A DNA stretch of 57,908 nt, the filler included, from Catajapyx aquilonaris (taxonomy: Eukaryota): NCBI GenBank assembly GCA_000934665.2. It is 2 parts of 2 records of this genome, joined end to end, with 100 filler letters (N's around TTAATTAATTAA, not from the genome) between each part and the next. Parts side by side here need not be neighbours in the genome. Positions count along the whole stretch, not along the records: positions 29,009 to 57,908 come from JYFJ02004850.1; 1 more part is not named here. One strand, written 5' to 3'. Made by a program: the position numbers and the translations under genes. Shown here piece by piece: positions 56,223 to 57,908 of the stretch (positions are counted from its first letter, which is position 1; every line of letters starts with the position of its first letter). The notes beneath the pieces were generated by a model that had not been told where the DNA came from, searched no databases, and saw only the letters and a program-made list of their open reading frames with translations.

Positions 56223-56969
56223 CAGGGTGTTCCAGAGTTGACGACTCACTCTTTGAAACGCAATTACTTTGGAACGGAACAACATATTTATTTAAAGTAC
56301 TACCAAACCATCAAGGGAGGTTGCGAAAATCTTCCATGTAGGTGACAGTACTAAGCAATGCCCAGGTCTTGCAACAAAAAAGGCCGAAGCAAGACTGTCG
56401 TTAGAGAAACGTGTCCAGTGTGTTCGACTGTATTCAGTGACAAAAAATGTTACAGAAGTGTGCCGTCAAATGGCAAACCTTTTCGGTGGACTGGCTCCTA
56501 CCTGAAAAACTGTTGCGAGGATAAACCAACGGTTTGATGAAACTGGAAGTGTCTTGGATCAAAAGAAACCCAGCAAAGGGAGAACAGTTGTGAATGCAGA
56601 AAACAAACAGCGCATCCGAGATGCACTGAAAGTTCTCCAGCAAAAGCAAAATCAGTCCGACGCCTGTGGGGTTATCTGAAGGAAAAGGTTTACCACCATC
56701 GAATGGGCTCCCTGGAGCATCTGCGTGACATAATCACACAGGAATTCAACGCGATCCCTGTTGACTTCTGTCGAAAGGTGTGAGACAACGTCGCCTTGCG
56801 ATTGCAGGCCTGCATCGACGTGGAAGGGGGGGTGGTTGACCATACCATGGAGAACAGGTCTTAAGTTAGTATTTCCTTGATGTTTTGGTACGTACATTAA
56901 ATAAATATGTTATTCCGTTCGAAAGTAATTGCGTTTCAAAGAGTGAGTCGTCAACTCTGGAACACCCTG
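56223..56969 (+). mobile_element. Internally deleted Tc1/mariner-superfamily transposon
   Basis: ~75-bp TIRs CAGGGTGTTCCAGAGTTGACGACTCACTCTTTGAAACGCAATTACTTT... with TA duplication. Remnant peptides RVQCVRLY, RFDETGSVLD, LWGYLKEKVY and RLQACIDVEGG. Confidence 0.9.
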
Positions 56970-56986
56970 TAAATAGGTCTTTGTAA

Positions 56987-57040
56987 GGGCGGCATGATGC
57001 CGGAGTGGTTAGCGACACAGCCTTCCACCTCTAAGGTCCC
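56987..57040 (+). mobile_element. 5' head of a family B SINE, truncated by the next element
   Basis: GGGCGGCATGATGCCGGAGTGGTTAGCGACACAGCCTTCCACCTCTAAGGTCCC matches the starts at 1028 and 13427. Confidence 0.75.
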
Positions 57041-57571
57041 GACCCAGGTAACACAAGACATCCCAGGGACGTCCCACTTTTGTCCCATTCATCCCAGAAA
57101 CATCCCGGACATTTGGGTCCAAAATAGGATGTCCCAGGGATGTGAACTGTTGGACTTATCACGGCCCTCACTGTCAGGAGCTCCCAAGGATATGGGCAGG
57201 ACGTTACTGTTTTTTTAGTTCGCTAGAGGGGATTCCCCACTGATGGAATTATGCGTGAGGATTGGCCCCATCTAGAGCATGGAGAGTTCTCCATGCTCTG
57301 ATGGGGAAGGCGGGGAGCGAAGAGGTATTGCGCAAGCGGCGGTTTAAAAGTGCAGTCGTCATTTCGAAGCCTGCAAGATATGGCGTAGTGGCTGGAAGCA
57401 TCTCGTGCTCGTCAGAGTCGTCCTGCCTCTTATTCTTATAAGCAAATCCATTGACTGGAATAATCAGCCGCCACTGCCTTAAAAAAAAAGGTAAGATACA
57501 TACAACCGGCGGACAAGCATATAAACTGACCAATGTGGTTTTGTAGCAACATGTTCGTATGCCATTTTCAG

Positions 57572-57705
57572 ATGCAGTCATCAAGATGCATGCAACTAGA
57601 ATTGGGATAAACGTGACAGACAAAGACATTGAAGTAGCAATGGCAGGATGGCTACGCCATGCAAAGGAGAGACGAACGAAAGACTCATCATCACCTGCAA
57701 TCTAA
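57572..57705 (+). CDS. Terminal exon fragment of a DUF4806/BEN-like protein, probably transposon-borne
   Basis: tttcag acceptor, then (D)AVIKMHATRIGINVTDKDIEVAMAGWLRHAKERRTKD...*. The TxKxIExxxxxWLRHAxER pattern resembles the DUF4806 C-terminus (from recall, not searched). Confidence 0.5.
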
Positions 57706-57908
57706 TTGCAACAGACTTTATATTAGTGGATGACAAAGTGATGTTCCTTCCAGCACTTATTATGCCGATGTATGAATAACTTATAATCATATCAATGTAA
57801 TGAGAAAAGTAATAAACAGAATCTAAATTAACCAGCAGAGATATAATTATATTACATCTTGATTTTTGACGGGGGGTGGAATGGAAAGGGGGAGACGTGA
57901 AGTGGGGG

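Overview
Eukaryotic (most likely arthropod) genomic DNA, intron-rich and dense in SINEs and MITEs. An artificial 100-bp spacer (44 N + TTAATTAATTAA + 44 N, 28909-29008) joins two pieces that may not be adjacent in the genome. The left piece holds three internal exons of a membrane dipeptidase (peptidase M19) gene with long introns, plus a possible small antisense gene. The right piece holds a complete 5-exon MOCS3/UBA4 gene (+) and a nearly complete GALT gene (-). The ~1 kb segment carrying the convergent last exons of both genes is duplicated (32738-34149 and 50377-51382), and the copies flank a ~16 kb block. Each gene appears to use only one copy: the second MOCS3 exon is disabled and the second GALT exon is orphaned. 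The intervening block holds decayed gene fragments (a SINE-disrupted fatty acyl-CoA reductase exon, a coiled-coil protein), a LINE RT remnant and an unusual intron-containing tRNA-like Pol III gene. Its best register gives a UUA (ochre-reading) anticodon, and it lies behind a CCAAT/CRE/E-box/TATA cluster. All calls were made by eye from the sequence; no searches were run.
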